Shown here: positions 25,601 to 37,903 of the stretch, piece after piece | How positions within the stretch are numbered: position 1 is the stretch's first letter | Layout: every line of letters begins with the position of its first letter | DNA from: Eledone cirrhosa | Taxonomy: Eukaryota | NCBI GenBank assembly: GCA_964016885.1 | Contig: OZ024747.1 | Span: 90,644,001-90,708,000 of the forward strand | DNA: 64,000 nt | Direction of reading: 5' to 3' | Translations under genes and position numbers: made by a program | The notes under the pieces: model-generated | Told to the model about the DNA's origin: nothing | Database searches by the model: none | The model's input: only the letters and a program-made list of their open reading frames with translations

Positions 25601-27598
25601 AATCTAATTGTAATACGTGACGTATTCTATTCTATAGCGATTAGGTCTTCAAAATGTTTATTATAAACATACAGAATATTTTCGAATATTCTATGTCTTT
25701 ACTCACATATATATCGCTATTTCAGAGCATTTATTCCAATTTCTAATTTCTGCCGGACCGGCAACCGCTCTTTCAAACCAGTTCCAGTACACAGCTAAGT
25801 ATTCTATAAGTCTCTAACTGTGTCATTCTCGATAAAAGCACTGGATATGTAGTCCTGATGAATTCTAACAAGAATGAAACGCGTAGATTACTTCCCTTGC
25901 TTTTATCGAGAATCTAATTGTAATACGTGACGTATTCTATTCTATAGCGATTAGGTCTTCAAAATGTTTATTATAAACATACAGAATATTTTCGAATATT
26001 CTATGTCTTTACTCACATATATATCGCTATTTCAGAGCATTTATTCCAATTTCTAATTTCTGCCGGACCGGCAACCGCTCTTTCAAACCAGTTCCAGTAC
26101 ACAGCTAAGTATTCTATAAGTCTCTAACTGTGTCATTCTCGATAAAAGCACTGGATATGTAGTCCTGATGAATTCTAACAAGAATGAAACGCGTAGATTA
26201 CTTCCCTTGCTTTTATCGAGAATCTAATTGTAATACGTGACGTATTCTATTCTATAGCGATTAGGTCTTCAAAATGTTTATTATAAACATACAGAATATT
26301 TTCGAATATTCTATGTCTTTACTCACATATATATCGCTATTTCAGAGCATTTATTCCAATTTCTAATTTCTGCCGGACCGGCAACCGCTCTTTCAAACCA
26401 GTTCCAGTACACAGCTAAGTATTCTATAAGTCTCTAACTGTGTCATTCTCGATAAAAGCACTGGATATGTAGTCCTGATGAATTCTAACAAGAATGAAAC
26501 GCGTAGATTACTTCCCTTGCTTTTATCGAGAATCTAATTGTAATACGTGACGTATTCTATTCTATAGCGATTAGGTCTTCAAAATGTTTATTATAAACAT
26601 ACAGAATATTTTCGAATATTCTATGTCTTTACTCACATATATATCGCTATTTCAGAGCATTTATTCCAATTTCTAATTTCTGCCGGACCGGCAACCGCTC
26701 TTTCAAACCAGTTCCAGTACACAGCTAAGTATTCTATAAGTCTCTAACTGTGTCATTCTCGATAAAAGCACTGGATATGTAGTCCTGATGAATTCTAACA
26801 AGAATGAAACGCGTAGATTACTTCCCTTGCTTTTATCGAGAATCTAATTGTAATACGTGACGTATTCTATTCTATAGCGATTAGGTCTTCAAAATGTTTA
26901 TTATAAACATACAGAATATTTTCGAATATTCTATGTCTTTACTCACATATATATCGCTATTTCAGAGCATTTATTCCAATTTCTAATTTCTGCCGGACCG
27001 GCAACCGCTCTTTCAAACCAGTTCCAGTACACAGCTAAGTATTCTATAAGTCTCTAACTGTGTCATTCTCGATAAAAGCACTGGATATGTAGTCCTGATG
27101 AATTCTAACAAGAATGAAACGCGTAGATTACTTCCCTTGCTTTTATCGAGAATCTAATTGTAATACGTGACGTATTCTATTCTATAGCGATTAGGTCTTC
27201 AAAATGTTTATTATAAACATACAGAATATTTTCGAATATTCTATGTCTTTACTCACATATATATCGCTATTTCAGAGCATTTATTCCAATTTCTAATTTC
27301 TGCCGGACCGGCAACCGCTCTTTCAAACCAGTTCCAGTACACAGCTAAGTATTCTATAAGTCTCTAACTGTTTCATTCTCGATAAAAGCACTGGATATGT
27401 AGTCCTGATGAATTCTAACAAGAATGAAACGCGTAGATTACTTCCCTTGCTTTTATCGAGAATCTAATTGTAATACGTGACGTATTCTATTCTATAGCGA
27501 TTAGGTCTTCAAAATGTTTATTATAAACATACAGAATATTTTCGAATATTCTATGTCTTTACTCACATATATATCGCTATTTCAGAGCATTTATTCCA

Positions 27599-27603
<5 letters not shown>
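22620..27603 (+). repeat. 310-bp hammerhead-bearing tandem array, right arm (16 units plus ~24 bp); retrozyme-like
   Basis: TTCAGAGCAT every 310 bp from 22621 to 27581; only one substitution noticed (G>T at 27372). Confidence 0.97.
22749..22791 (+). ncRNA. minimal type I hammerhead ribozyme (repeats every 310 bp to 27399-27441; 16 copies)
   Basis: GTAGTC-CTGATGA-ATTCT-AACA-AGAAT-GAAA-CGCG-TA-GATTAC: stem I GUAGUC/GAUUAC, stem II AUUCU/AGAAU, palindromic stem III ACGCGU, predicted cleavage after GUA (22785). Confidence 0.92.
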
Positions 27604-27684
<81 letters not shown>

Positions 27685-27705
27685 CATACATACACAAACA
27701 CACAT

Positions 27706-27753
<48 letters not shown>
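27604..27753. repeat. (TA)n/(CA)n microsatellite, target of the array
   Basis: TA tracts on both sides of the array (21544-21573 and from 27604). Confidence 0.95.
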
Positions 27754-27755
<2 letters not shown>

Positions 27756-28957
27756 ACACACACATTATATGAATTTCTACTCCAGAAATGTTTGCCTTAT
27801 CACAAGTGGCGTCTTTTCCATTTTTAACACGGCACATTTAATTTTTAAATGTTAAACAAAGGCTGAATGGGTCTGCAAATATGCAAATTTATATAAGTTC
27901 TTGGAGAACGTATGTGCTGCTAGATGTTTCAGCAAAGTAAAGATAGAAATTTGATTAACTTGAAGTACGTGTTAATGGAATCTCAAATAAATAAATGGCA
28001 ATGAAGGCTGAGGCTTCTCCATCTTCCTTATACATACACACACTTAAATTTGTAAATGTTACATTAGTGGAGGATACAATATAGTAAATGAAAGTACTGA
28101 TCAATTGATGGTAATGAGGTTTATCTCAGAATCTTCCTCATGTTTATGGCTTCGTCCTCCATTTACATTTTGATTAAGAACATTTTTGATAATTTTAAAT
28201 GTAACTAAAAGAAAAATAAAGAAAATTATATAAAAAAACCCAAAAAAACCAAAAGCGAAAGGGAAACAGTTTTGTTTGAAGTTTGAATGGTTCTTGAGCC
28301 AACTACTTCCAGAATATACTACAACGAGGACTTTTATGTATATTTTCTAAAACCAATAACAGTAATGTTTTCAATGTGATGTTGTCAGACAGTGTAAAAT
28401 AAAGCCTTATGCAAATAACAACTATTTAAATAACCCAACTGACGATAACTGTGCCATTTTACTACATGGAATCAAAGACAAATATTTCAAACTTCGCTAT
28501 AAATGAAAAAAAAAATAAAGATCAAAAACTTTAGAAAAAAAAAATCGACAATCAAGCCTATTTGAGAATAAGGAAGCTTTGATAGCAGCATTGGTTACAA
28601 CTGAGACGGAGAGAGTTAATTAGGTAATAGAGGTGGAAGTAGAGTATATGTAGTAGTGTGATGCAAAATAACTCTTGATTGAGTTGGCTTAATTAATGGA
28701 TAGTTAAATACTATTTTAAAAAGTTCAACATTGGCGACCGCAAGTCTAGCACTATCTAAATATAGATCTGCTAGCTGCTTTAGAGGTGTATGCACAGACT
28801 TTTGGTTACTTAGATTAAATTATTCTCTTCTTTGATATTTTTGCATTTAAATGACTAAGTAAAGCAAAATACTTCTCAAGTATTACATTATGACAAGCCG
28901 TAAGTGTGTGTACGTATATATACATAGTAAGTGTGTGTACGTATATATACATATATC

Positions 28958-29152
28958 ATAATAAATGTGAAGACTAAAATCCAAAGAGGGCTCGATAAGG
29001 ATTATATTTATAAACCCGTAGAGCAAATATTTATTATAGGAACAGATTAAAGTTTAAGCAAAAAAAAAAAAAAAATCGCTGCTTTCACTCAAGATCCCGT
29101 TATGGATAAAAGCAGCGATTCTTTGCTTAAACTTTAATCTGTTCTTATAATA
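28958..29152. repeat. TA-embedded relic with ~45-bp-arm hairpin (29032-29152)
   Basis: GAACAGATTAAAGTTTAAGCAAA..AATCGCTGCTTT / AAAGCAGCGATT..TTTGCTTAAACTTTAATCTGTTC; first ~45 bp recur at 45598-45643. Confidence 0.8.
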
Positions 29153-29575
29153 TATATATATATATATGTGTGTGTGTGCAACAAGTACAGTAAATCCGAA
29201 GAAAACTGGTGAGAGAGCCAAAGTCAGCAGAGTATATACAATATAAATAAAGTGGAAGTGTTACATAGGAGATTTATTGGTCAATCCTGGTTACAAATGT
29301 TTCTCAAGTAGCTGGCTCGTGATCACTGTTTTACATCTATTTTACATGCTTGCATGGGTAACTTACTTATATACATACATGCATACACACATGGATACAT
29401 ATATGGCTAGATACATACCAGCTCTTCTTTTAAACACATGTTGGAGACATGGCTACTTTCCGGTTACAATTTCTTTATTAGAATCTTCTAATATTTTTTA
29501 ATAAGCTCTTTACAGTTCATTTAAAACAACAAAACTGTGAGGTCCATAAATTTGTCAATGTTTCCATACGTACCC

Positions 29576-29645
<70 letters not shown>

Positions 29646-29750
29646 ATGTATATATATGTATATATATATATATGTATGTATATATATATCCTGGGTTCAG
29701 TTGGTGGGTAACCACAGTAAGTAAGGTACTTAATACATAGTAGAGTATAA

Positions 29751-29878
29751 ATATTTAATATAGAAATGGCTTCTACAGGACTAGATCTCTTTTATTCAAA
29801 GGAAATTTCCAAATTTCCTGATATTTCTTTCGATTGAAACAGTTCTAGTCCCGTAGAAGCCATTTCTATATTAAATAT
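29751..29878. repeat. 35-bp-arm inverted repeat
   Basis: ATATTTAATATAGAAATGGCTTCTACAGGACTAGA / TCTAGTCCCGTAGAAGCCATTTCTATATTAAATAT; partial homologue at ~12025-12065. Confidence 0.85.
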
Positions 29879-30084
29879 ATATATATATATATATATAAAA
29901 TTTTTTTTTTTTTGTCGTTTTGGAAGCAGATGGGTAAATCTCTGGGTAACAGAATCCGGTGGTGAAGAGAGAGATGTAAGAGGAAATGTAGAATGAGATG
30001 TATAGTGTGTAGAGGAACGTAGGAAAGAGCGTAAAAAATAAAAATAATACCACGAGATAGAGTTACCTTGGGAGAGATTTAATT

Positions 30085-30121
30085 GTCCCTATATTTCGGA
30101 TTCGCATCCATCAACTGGGGA
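30085..30121 (-). ncRNA. degenerate minimal hammerhead
   Basis: TCCC-CAGTTGA-T-GGAT-GCGA-ATCC-GAAATATA-GGGA; two core changes versus CTGATGA. Confidence 0.5.
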
Positions 30122-30457
30122 GTTTTCGGTGGGGGGGAGTATCTGTCGGAGAGGAACAGTATGTGGCCTCTGTTGTCCGTGGTTTGTGTGTAACTGAGAT
30201 ATTCTGTAGAGCGCATGTGCGCGCGGAATAGGTGCGGTCAAACAAAGGTCGAAGCAGCTCCTTTTTATTGTGGGAGTGGGATGGCGCTAGCTGTCAATCG
30301 ATTGTACTACCTATATGTACTAGTCTTTGGTACTAGCAGTGTAGTAGTCTGTCTGGTTGCTTGTTGGTCAGTGGATGGTGGGGGCGCTAAACACACAATA
30401 ACAATCGTTCGAATGCCACTGTGTGTGTGTGTGTGTGTGTGCTGTTGTCTCGTTTGT

Positions 30458-30657
30458 TTACACCAGCCACCTCGTCTCGCTTCTCTCGGATCGGTTATTT
30501 ATTTGTGGTCCTAGGCGTTTGATCCAAAGTGCTTCCTTGATTCGTAACATGCCGACGTTGCGTTCTGTTGCTAGCACTGTGACAATGGGACTTCCGTCTT
30601 GTTTCTGCATTTGGTTATGTGTTTCCGGAAAGATGAGTCCCTGGTGTTGATGTGCTC
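30458..30657 (-). pseudogene. PLE GIY-YIG C-terminal fragment (frameshifted)
   Basis: EHINTRDSSFRKHITKC / VTVLATERNVGMLRIKEALWIKRLGPQINNR matches EH..S..H..C..LxIKEALxI..PxIN of Penelope/Poseidon-type endonucleases. Confidence 0.75.
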
Positions 30658-31003
30658 CTATATATATATATATAAGTAAAAGAGTGTGTGTGTGTGTCTG
30701 TATTTAAATTTATAAATAGGACATTGTGCATTTTATAGATTTGACTGTAGGGCATGTTCTCATGGTTTCAATTATTCAACCTATAAAAGTTAGTTAACCA
30801 TTTTTAGTCTAATACTAAATCTATTAATAGTAGTTTTGTCCTAAATCAACTATGATTTAGTAAACCCAAAAGAAATTCCAGTCATGAGCAATATTTATTT
30901 TTTGTCATAGCATATATCCAGGACTACATCATAAAGAATATGGGGTGTGTGATCTGAGGGAGATTTAGCTACAAATTCTACCAAGTCAAGCAATTACATA
31001 GAC

Positions 31004-31296
31004 CAGTCATGGGCAACCTGTGGCCTGCAAAGCTTTCTGAATTGCTCGCTTAAGTCACCTAAGTGAAATCTTTCTGATTTTTTTACCCCAACTTTTCAGT
31101 CATAATTTATCTTTCTATCATTTTTACAATCGAGGAAAACAATGTGTACAAATTCTAAAGAAACAAATCAAAACAACCTGAGTTACCACCCTTTTTTGTT
31201 AATGCGGGACACGAATGTAAATTAACGCTTGCGGCCCACCTGATGATGAGTCATATCTCAGGCGGCCCGCTTCTCGAAAAAGGCTGCCCATGCCTG
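31004..31296. mobile_element. hAT (Charlie-like) MITE
   Basis: TIR CAGTCATGGGCAACC/GGCTGCCCATGCCTG, 8-bp TSD ACATAGAC/ACATAGAA. Confidence 0.8.
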
Positions 31297-31588
31297 ACAT
31301 AGAAGCTTATTCAATAGTTTCTGATTAGATCAAGTTTGGCACAATTTACATTTTGTTGATTATCCTCCTTAAAGATTCTTTCACCAGATTTATAATAGTG
31401 GATCATGTAAATCACAGATAGTGCAATGGTATATATACGATAGGTAATTTGAACCATAGGGTTATTTCATATTGTAAACATCAAATCAAAGTGGAGTTGC
31501 ATATTAGCATATAATATATAATTCATACGTAAGTTGTATAACCTATCTTGCTATGCTAAGAGATTAATTGAAGATTAAATCCTCACAC

Positions 31589-31817
31589 TTAACCCTTTAG
31601 TATTTAAATCGGCCATATCTGGCCAGGATTCTCTCACCTCTTTCGGTTCAAACTAGCCATAAACGGCTGCTCAAACTTATGTTAATGTATGGTTCTCAAA
31701 ATAAATAATTTTAAAATTGCGTTGATTCGATATTATGTGAGATAACTATGTAAGGTAAAGCCTTTACCATAAAAATACAATAGTAAATATTTAGTAATGT
31801 AAATGTTAAAGGGTTAA
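31589..31817 (-). mobile_element. piggyBac-type MITE family B
   Basis: TTAACCCTTTAG ... TAAAGGGTTAA; reverse of 16700-16926. Confidence 0.8.
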
Positions 31818-32815
31818 AGCTAGCAGAAACACAGATATAAGTACTTAATTTAAGAAGATGGAATATTAGGCACACTATAGGGTAATGAGTTATTTGGATA
31901 TCTGTCAAGCAACGGATATATAGTTCAATTCCTATCAGTGGGCCTTTTACTCTTTCCTATTTCAAACCAGTGCTTATATGAGTATTGCCTAATAGAATCT
32001 TGTCTTGAGACTTAACTAATTCGTACATAAACAAAAGATTCAATTCAGCAAATATATAAAAGTTATCTTACATATATATCTAAAGAGTTACGTATTCCTT
32101 TGTTGATTTATCTATCTACATAGGCTCATCATCATCATCATTATCATCATCAACAACAACACTATCATTACCAATCTACTATGTTGAACAAATAAATATG
32201 TTCATGCAAGCATTTGTCAGTAAGGTCAAGTACTGCAGTTGGTTATAATATTTACAGCAATCAAATCTACTGGCTTTAGTAGGAGGGGGATGTTTGTGAT
32301 ATCAACAGGACAGCGTTTGTAAGGAGGACAGATACATATTCACATATATATGTTTATAAATAAACTAAATGAATTGAGTATGCTCCAATGGATGTGTAAT
32401 GTTAATGTGCATGAGCAACATAGAATAACCAAACTGAGGGGAAAAACTTGGCATAAGAGGAATTAGATGTAGTGTGTAAGAGAGAAGACTGTGTTGATAT
32501 AGACATGTGATACATATGGAAGATAGCAGCTGCATAAAAAGATGAAGAAAAATCCCAGTAGTTAGGACCCGTGAAAGAGGAAGACCCAGGAAGATATGGA
32601 ATGAAGCTGACCTCGCCTTCCTTAATCCAGCAGAAGATCCATGATAACAGCTTGAAAGAGAGAGGGCAGTACCAGTACTGGCTTGGTATATTCTTTATCG
32701 ACCCCCAAAAGGATGAAAGGCAAAGTCAACCTTGGCCTCTCAGTATACTAAAACTAACTCTCTCCCCAAGCCCAACCTACTGCCTTAAGAAAAGACTCAC
32801 CTTCTCTTTCTCTAT

Positions 32816-32850
<35 letters not shown>

Positions 32851-32866
32851 AATATATATATATATA

Positions 32867-33003
32867 GCAGTGGTGGCCTAGTGGTAGGTATCAGGGATGG
32901 TGGAAATCCTAGTCTGGGGTTCAATCTCGACGAGGACCTTCACTAAATTTTTCGTCCAACCTATGCTAGCATTGAAAAGTGGACGTTAAACGGTGATGAT
33001 GAT
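32867..33003 (+). mobile_element. short tRNA-head/RTE-tail SINE
   Basis: TGGCCTAGTGG A box, GGTTCAATCTC B box, then CCTATGCTAGCATTGAAAAGTGGACGTTAAAC(GAT)n. Confidence 0.6.
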
Positions 33004-33135
33004 ATGCATATATATATGTGTGTGTGCGCATATATATATGCTAACGTGGAAGATGGATGTTAAATGATGATGGTGTATATATATATATATATACATATAT
33101 CATTTTCACATCCGCTTTGCCTGATAGCAAGGGTT

Positions 33136-33226
<91 letters not shown>

Positions 33227-34299
33227 AATGTATAATTGCTGCCACTCTCTAGACAAAATTCAACAAAAGCTTTTCTGATTTATTTTGTTATGTTTTGTTT
33301 CTCTGAACAAACCTTTGCAGGAGAATATGTTCCATGAAATTAATCACTCATAATTAACTCACAGAATGACATGTTGCAAAGTAGCCTTGAGTATCTCTGC
33401 ATGAGCAGACATAGTCTCATAGAGATAGACAAATGGAAACCTAGATGTACTATAGGTCAACTACACTTAATTATGCCATGTTTACAGGAGCTTGTCAATT
33501 TGAATGGATGTTTATCACTTGGTCGGTATTTTACACATAGATAACTCTTTATTGTAGGACATCCTGTCCTGAAATTCAAGACAAAATTTAAAACATGCTA
33601 GAAATTTGATAGGGGAGAAATATGGTAACAGGTCAAGCTATTTAATGGATGCTGATAAAAATAAACCTGGAGCTCTCCTTTTTTTTTTTTTTTTTTTGTT
33701 ATTACTTTACAGCATGCTGGTCCTATATTCCACTGACATATTTTTTACTTGTATTGGTTGGCATAGCAGATACAATAGGAGAAAACATATTTGTAAAGCA
33801 TGTGGAAAACAAAAAACAAAAATAAAACAAAAAAAAAAAGAAAGAAAACTGTAGAGAAATATTTTACTTTAACTCTATCACTTGTAAGAAACAAATGCTT
33901 GAACGAATTTCATAATAAGACAAAGCGAACTGTTGTGAAGACTTATATCATCTGCATCAGAGAGGAACCAAATACAGTTAGTGAATAAAAAGGTACTGTC
34001 ATAGGGACTACTCCACAGTTTAATGAGAACTTGATTTACCAACAACAGTTCACAGTTCCAGAGTATTACTTATTTTTAACTAGTATTAATGTTAATAGGT
34101 CAAGCCAGACTGACTACCAGTGAAAAGGAATGTGTGTCACCTGTCTATGCCAGAATAACTCAAGGCCATCTCAAAGCTTACATGTCAGTGAAAGAACCAA
34201 AAACGAACTATACTGTCTGATTACATGTGTGAAAATTAAAACAGGACAAACTATATAGTGTGGGAGAACTTGACACTGCTTACAGACAAATACACACAT

Positions 34300-34359
<60 letters not shown>

Positions 34360-34407
34360 TACCAGACAGTGTTTACAAGTATCATATACATGTATGCATA
34401 GAATTTG

Positions 34408-34676
34408 TGGAGGCACGTGGCCTAGTGGTAAGGGTGTTGAACTTACGATTGTAATATTGAGAGTTTGATTCTTGGGCTGGGTTGTGTGTTGTGTTCTTGA
34501 GCAAAACACTTCATTTCACATTGCTCCAGTATACTCAGCTGAAAATGAGTACAGCAATAACTGGGGGTTTAACCCTGTGATGGACTGGTGTCCTGTCCCA
34601 AGGGAAGAAGGGGGTGTCTTGTATTCTCAGTCACTTCACACCACATAACTAGGATAAGTACCGACCAGATGAGCTT
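34408..34676 (+). mobile_element. tRNA-derived CORE-type SINE
   Basis: GGCACGTGGCCTAGTGG head, GTGTTCTTGAGCAAAACACTT CORE-like block; relatives at 35590, 51048, 55380(-), 60000. Confidence 0.8.
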
Positions 34677-37621
34677 TAGAATATACAGAATTATGTATAT
34701 GGTTATTAATTAATTTACTGTAACAAGAGTAGATAATAAAAAGCTAGGAGTTAAATTACATTTTTTTTTTTACCTCTAAATGATTTCTAATGAAAAAATG
34801 TTACAGACATATTGATATATGCTTGCAACATCTGCAACAGAAACAGGTGTTTATTTTTGGATACAACCAACAAAACATTGCTAAAAATTTATAATCAAAT
34901 CTTCCTCTTTGTATTTACTATCATCTGTAGTAAAAACAATCCCCCATCTTCTGGCCAATAGACCAGCATCCTGTCCAGGAACAGATGTAATGTCTTATCT
35001 CCATACTAACAAACAAATTATAATCAAGTACCAAATTTATAAATTCTGAAAATCTGTGAAAGGATTTATTAATTAGTTAATATCACTTGTGGAGGGGTGG
35101 TGATTATGTGATATCAAAAGTTTTTAAAGATGCAAAGCTGCTGCGAGAGATTTTATCTCTTGGGATAGAAGTCTGCTCATTGAAGAAATTCTAATCAGTG
35201 CTGCAAGTTAATAATATACTTGTCAATTTCATTACATTTCCTGTTGTTTAAAGCAGAAAACTAACTCTACCTGACAATGGTGGCTCTTTACAGCCAGCTA
35301 GACTGACTGCATGAGCATGAATTAGATGTACTGGACACTGACACATCACAATACCAGAGACAGGATATGAATCGTTAATTTTGTGACTAGTAATCTGACA
35401 CTTTCTTAGCCAACTATAGCTAAACTTACTAAATATATTAGAAAAAGTTAAGTTTCTATGATATTTCTAAGAAAATGTTGGGTAGCAAGTAAGGCAAACT
35501 TACATTGATGTTTTCAATGAGCTCCATAACCATATCCTTTTCAGATCAAGATCAAGCCATATATATTCACCTATATTTGTCACTTAAGAGTGGCTGAGTG
35601 GTTAGAGAATTGGATTTGCAATCATGAGGTTGTGAATTCAATTCCTGGACTGGGCGATGCGTTATGTCCTTGAGCAAGACACTTTAGTTCACGTTGCTCC
35701 TTCTACCTGGAGTTGCGACCAATAGAGAGTATCAGCAATTGAAAAGACCAATGGAAACATTGTTTCCTTGGTTCGATTTGATGAAAGTTGATCGACTATC
35801 GATATATATATTAAAAAAACGCTCTGATCATGAATGACCACGGGATTTGCACGTAGAAAGAGCCCCTATAAAAGACAAAGACAACCTCTTGCGTGATATA
35901 GACCCATAGGAGGCCAGCTAAACCTATGCAGATATGAGCTGCTATGAAAGAGACTATTGAAAGCATTTATTCTTCCATTGATCATATTGGTAACAACAAT
36001 ATCTTGTTCATATCTCCAGAGTCACCATCAGCATCATTATCATCATTACGATAATTATTGTTATATTTAATGTCTGATATATAAATTAAGCTCATCTTTC
36101 TAGTCATAACTATACAACAGCAACTCTAGTGATGATGATAACATTGTTTATTAAATAGTAGCATTTTTATAGTCATATGTTATTTCATCAATACTACCTC
36201 CCTTAGCTAACAATATGGCCGCACAGTAAAATGATAGAGAGGCTTAACTGACATTGAAAATAGTAAACCAGATTCAACATATTGAGGGAAAACAAATAAT
36301 AGACTCTGCACCACAGATCTCAACCAGTGATATAATAAAAAAATATATTGTATTAATAAATGTTGTTCAAGTTATTATCTTCACTATGTATATGAAAGTG
36401 TGCCTAATAATAAAGAGAGGCTTAATAACTGAATATATGGTCAAAGATATGGACAGTAACTTATATAAGTTTCAAGAAGAAGTGAAAAAAACAAAAAACA
36501 AACAACAAAACCTTAACAACACTTATGAAAAAAATAGTATGATGAACAAGGCTTTGAAGTAACTTCAAATATTATTGAATAGTTGAATCCAGACTCGAAG
36601 CTTGTATGTACATGATCAGTCATGTTTATTGAATTTGTGTTTTGTTATTTATTTATTTATTTATTTATCATTGAGATGATATATCATGTTTTGAAACTAA
36701 AATATCTTTGTTGTGTTTCATATTCAAATAAACATTTTTGAACATTAATGGAACAAAGTAGAATAGACTGATAGGTTCTTAAGTAGAGACCAAATCACAA
36801 AATGCATAGATTGTTCAAGGTGATGTTGTTGACACTTCAGGGAAGGTTAATGTTTAATGGGCATTATTAACAACAACAAAAATGAAAATGAAAGGATCAG
36901 GTAAAATGTTACCATGGAAATCTAAGCATAGAGAAAGGCCTTGCAGCTATTCTGCAATGGAAAAATGATACATTGTATCAGGAAACTAACATAAAATGAA
37001 ACTGGCATCCTACAGCATGAAATACATGTTAAAGATAACTTCTCAATGAAGAATCCTTGAGTAGATTTCTGACATGAAATACTGGAATAAAAGAAATTTC
37101 TAAAAAGATGTTAAAAATATTTGCAGAATGGGACAATTGAAACAAACTAGACTTGTTATTTAAATTGTTGACTAACATGAATAAATAGATTTAGCTGTTG
37201 AAAAGGAAGCTATTTACGAAGATTCTCATTGGATAAAACAATGAAAAATATTAAAGATATGTGACCTCATTCTCTAAATATATAATAAAACGTTGCAGTT
37301 CTACATAATTTTCTTATTAATTCTCCAATTCTCTCCCCTTTTCACTATTTTACAAACATTTTTCAGTCACAGAAATATTTTACAAATTCCAAACAGTTGT
37401 AAACATTTATAAACTAACAGAAATGTACAACAATGAAAGTATATATAGATTTTTTTCATGGATTGAAATAATGAACAGGAAAATAAAAGGGAGAAAAATC
37501 AAAGAGGGAATAAGGAGAAATGAATGAGGGAGCTAACTCTAAACACTTGACTGTTGGCTGGGTGGTACATCTTATCTGCATCCCACAGAAAAGATGACAA
37601 ATGTACTGCCATGAAAATTAG

Positions 37622-37748
37622 CCAGTGACACTCACTGACTCAGCCATTCGACTTCATAGGGCTCCTTCTTCAGGGCGAAAGCGCACTCCTCCTGATATTG
37701 TGGAAGAAAATGTCAGTCCAGGGACAGAAAACACTGGTAATCTTAAAG
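37622..37748 (+). CDS. candidate coding exon (PVTLTDSAIRLHRAPSSGRKRTPPDIVEENVSPGTENTGNLK)
   Basis: Unique GC-richer island, open frame, donor AAG|GTAACC, weak acceptor; no family recognised. Confidence 0.25.
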
Positions 37749-37903
37749 GTAACCAACACAGAAAGGAAATGGTTAGTCAAATCTGGTCTGAGAATTGAAC
37801 TAACAACCTCAGGATTGTAAGCCTGACACTCTAACCCCCAAGCCATGCAAATTTACTGTGTGTATATATGTGTGTGTATATATGTGTATATATATATATA
37901 TAT

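Larger units (their letters stand above)
29898..30658 (-). mobile_element. 5'-truncated Penelope-like element (second lineage) between TA tracts
   Basis: EN fragment, 3' UTR and degenerate hammerhead at 30085-30121. Confidence 0.75.

Noticed and set aside
21574-27603. Array as CRISPR, 5S rDNA, tRNA, snRNA cluster or coding repeat
   Set aside because: No spacers, no recognisable 5S/tRNA/snRNA sequence or Pol III boxes, no ORF of 60 aa or more within the units
36254-37300. A-rich ORF and adjacent purine-biased stretch as gene or transposase
   Set aside because: No recognisable motif or splice structure; may be a decayed element
37655-37680. CTGAAGA on the minus strand as hammerhead core
   Set aside because: No properly placed stem II, GAAA or NUH
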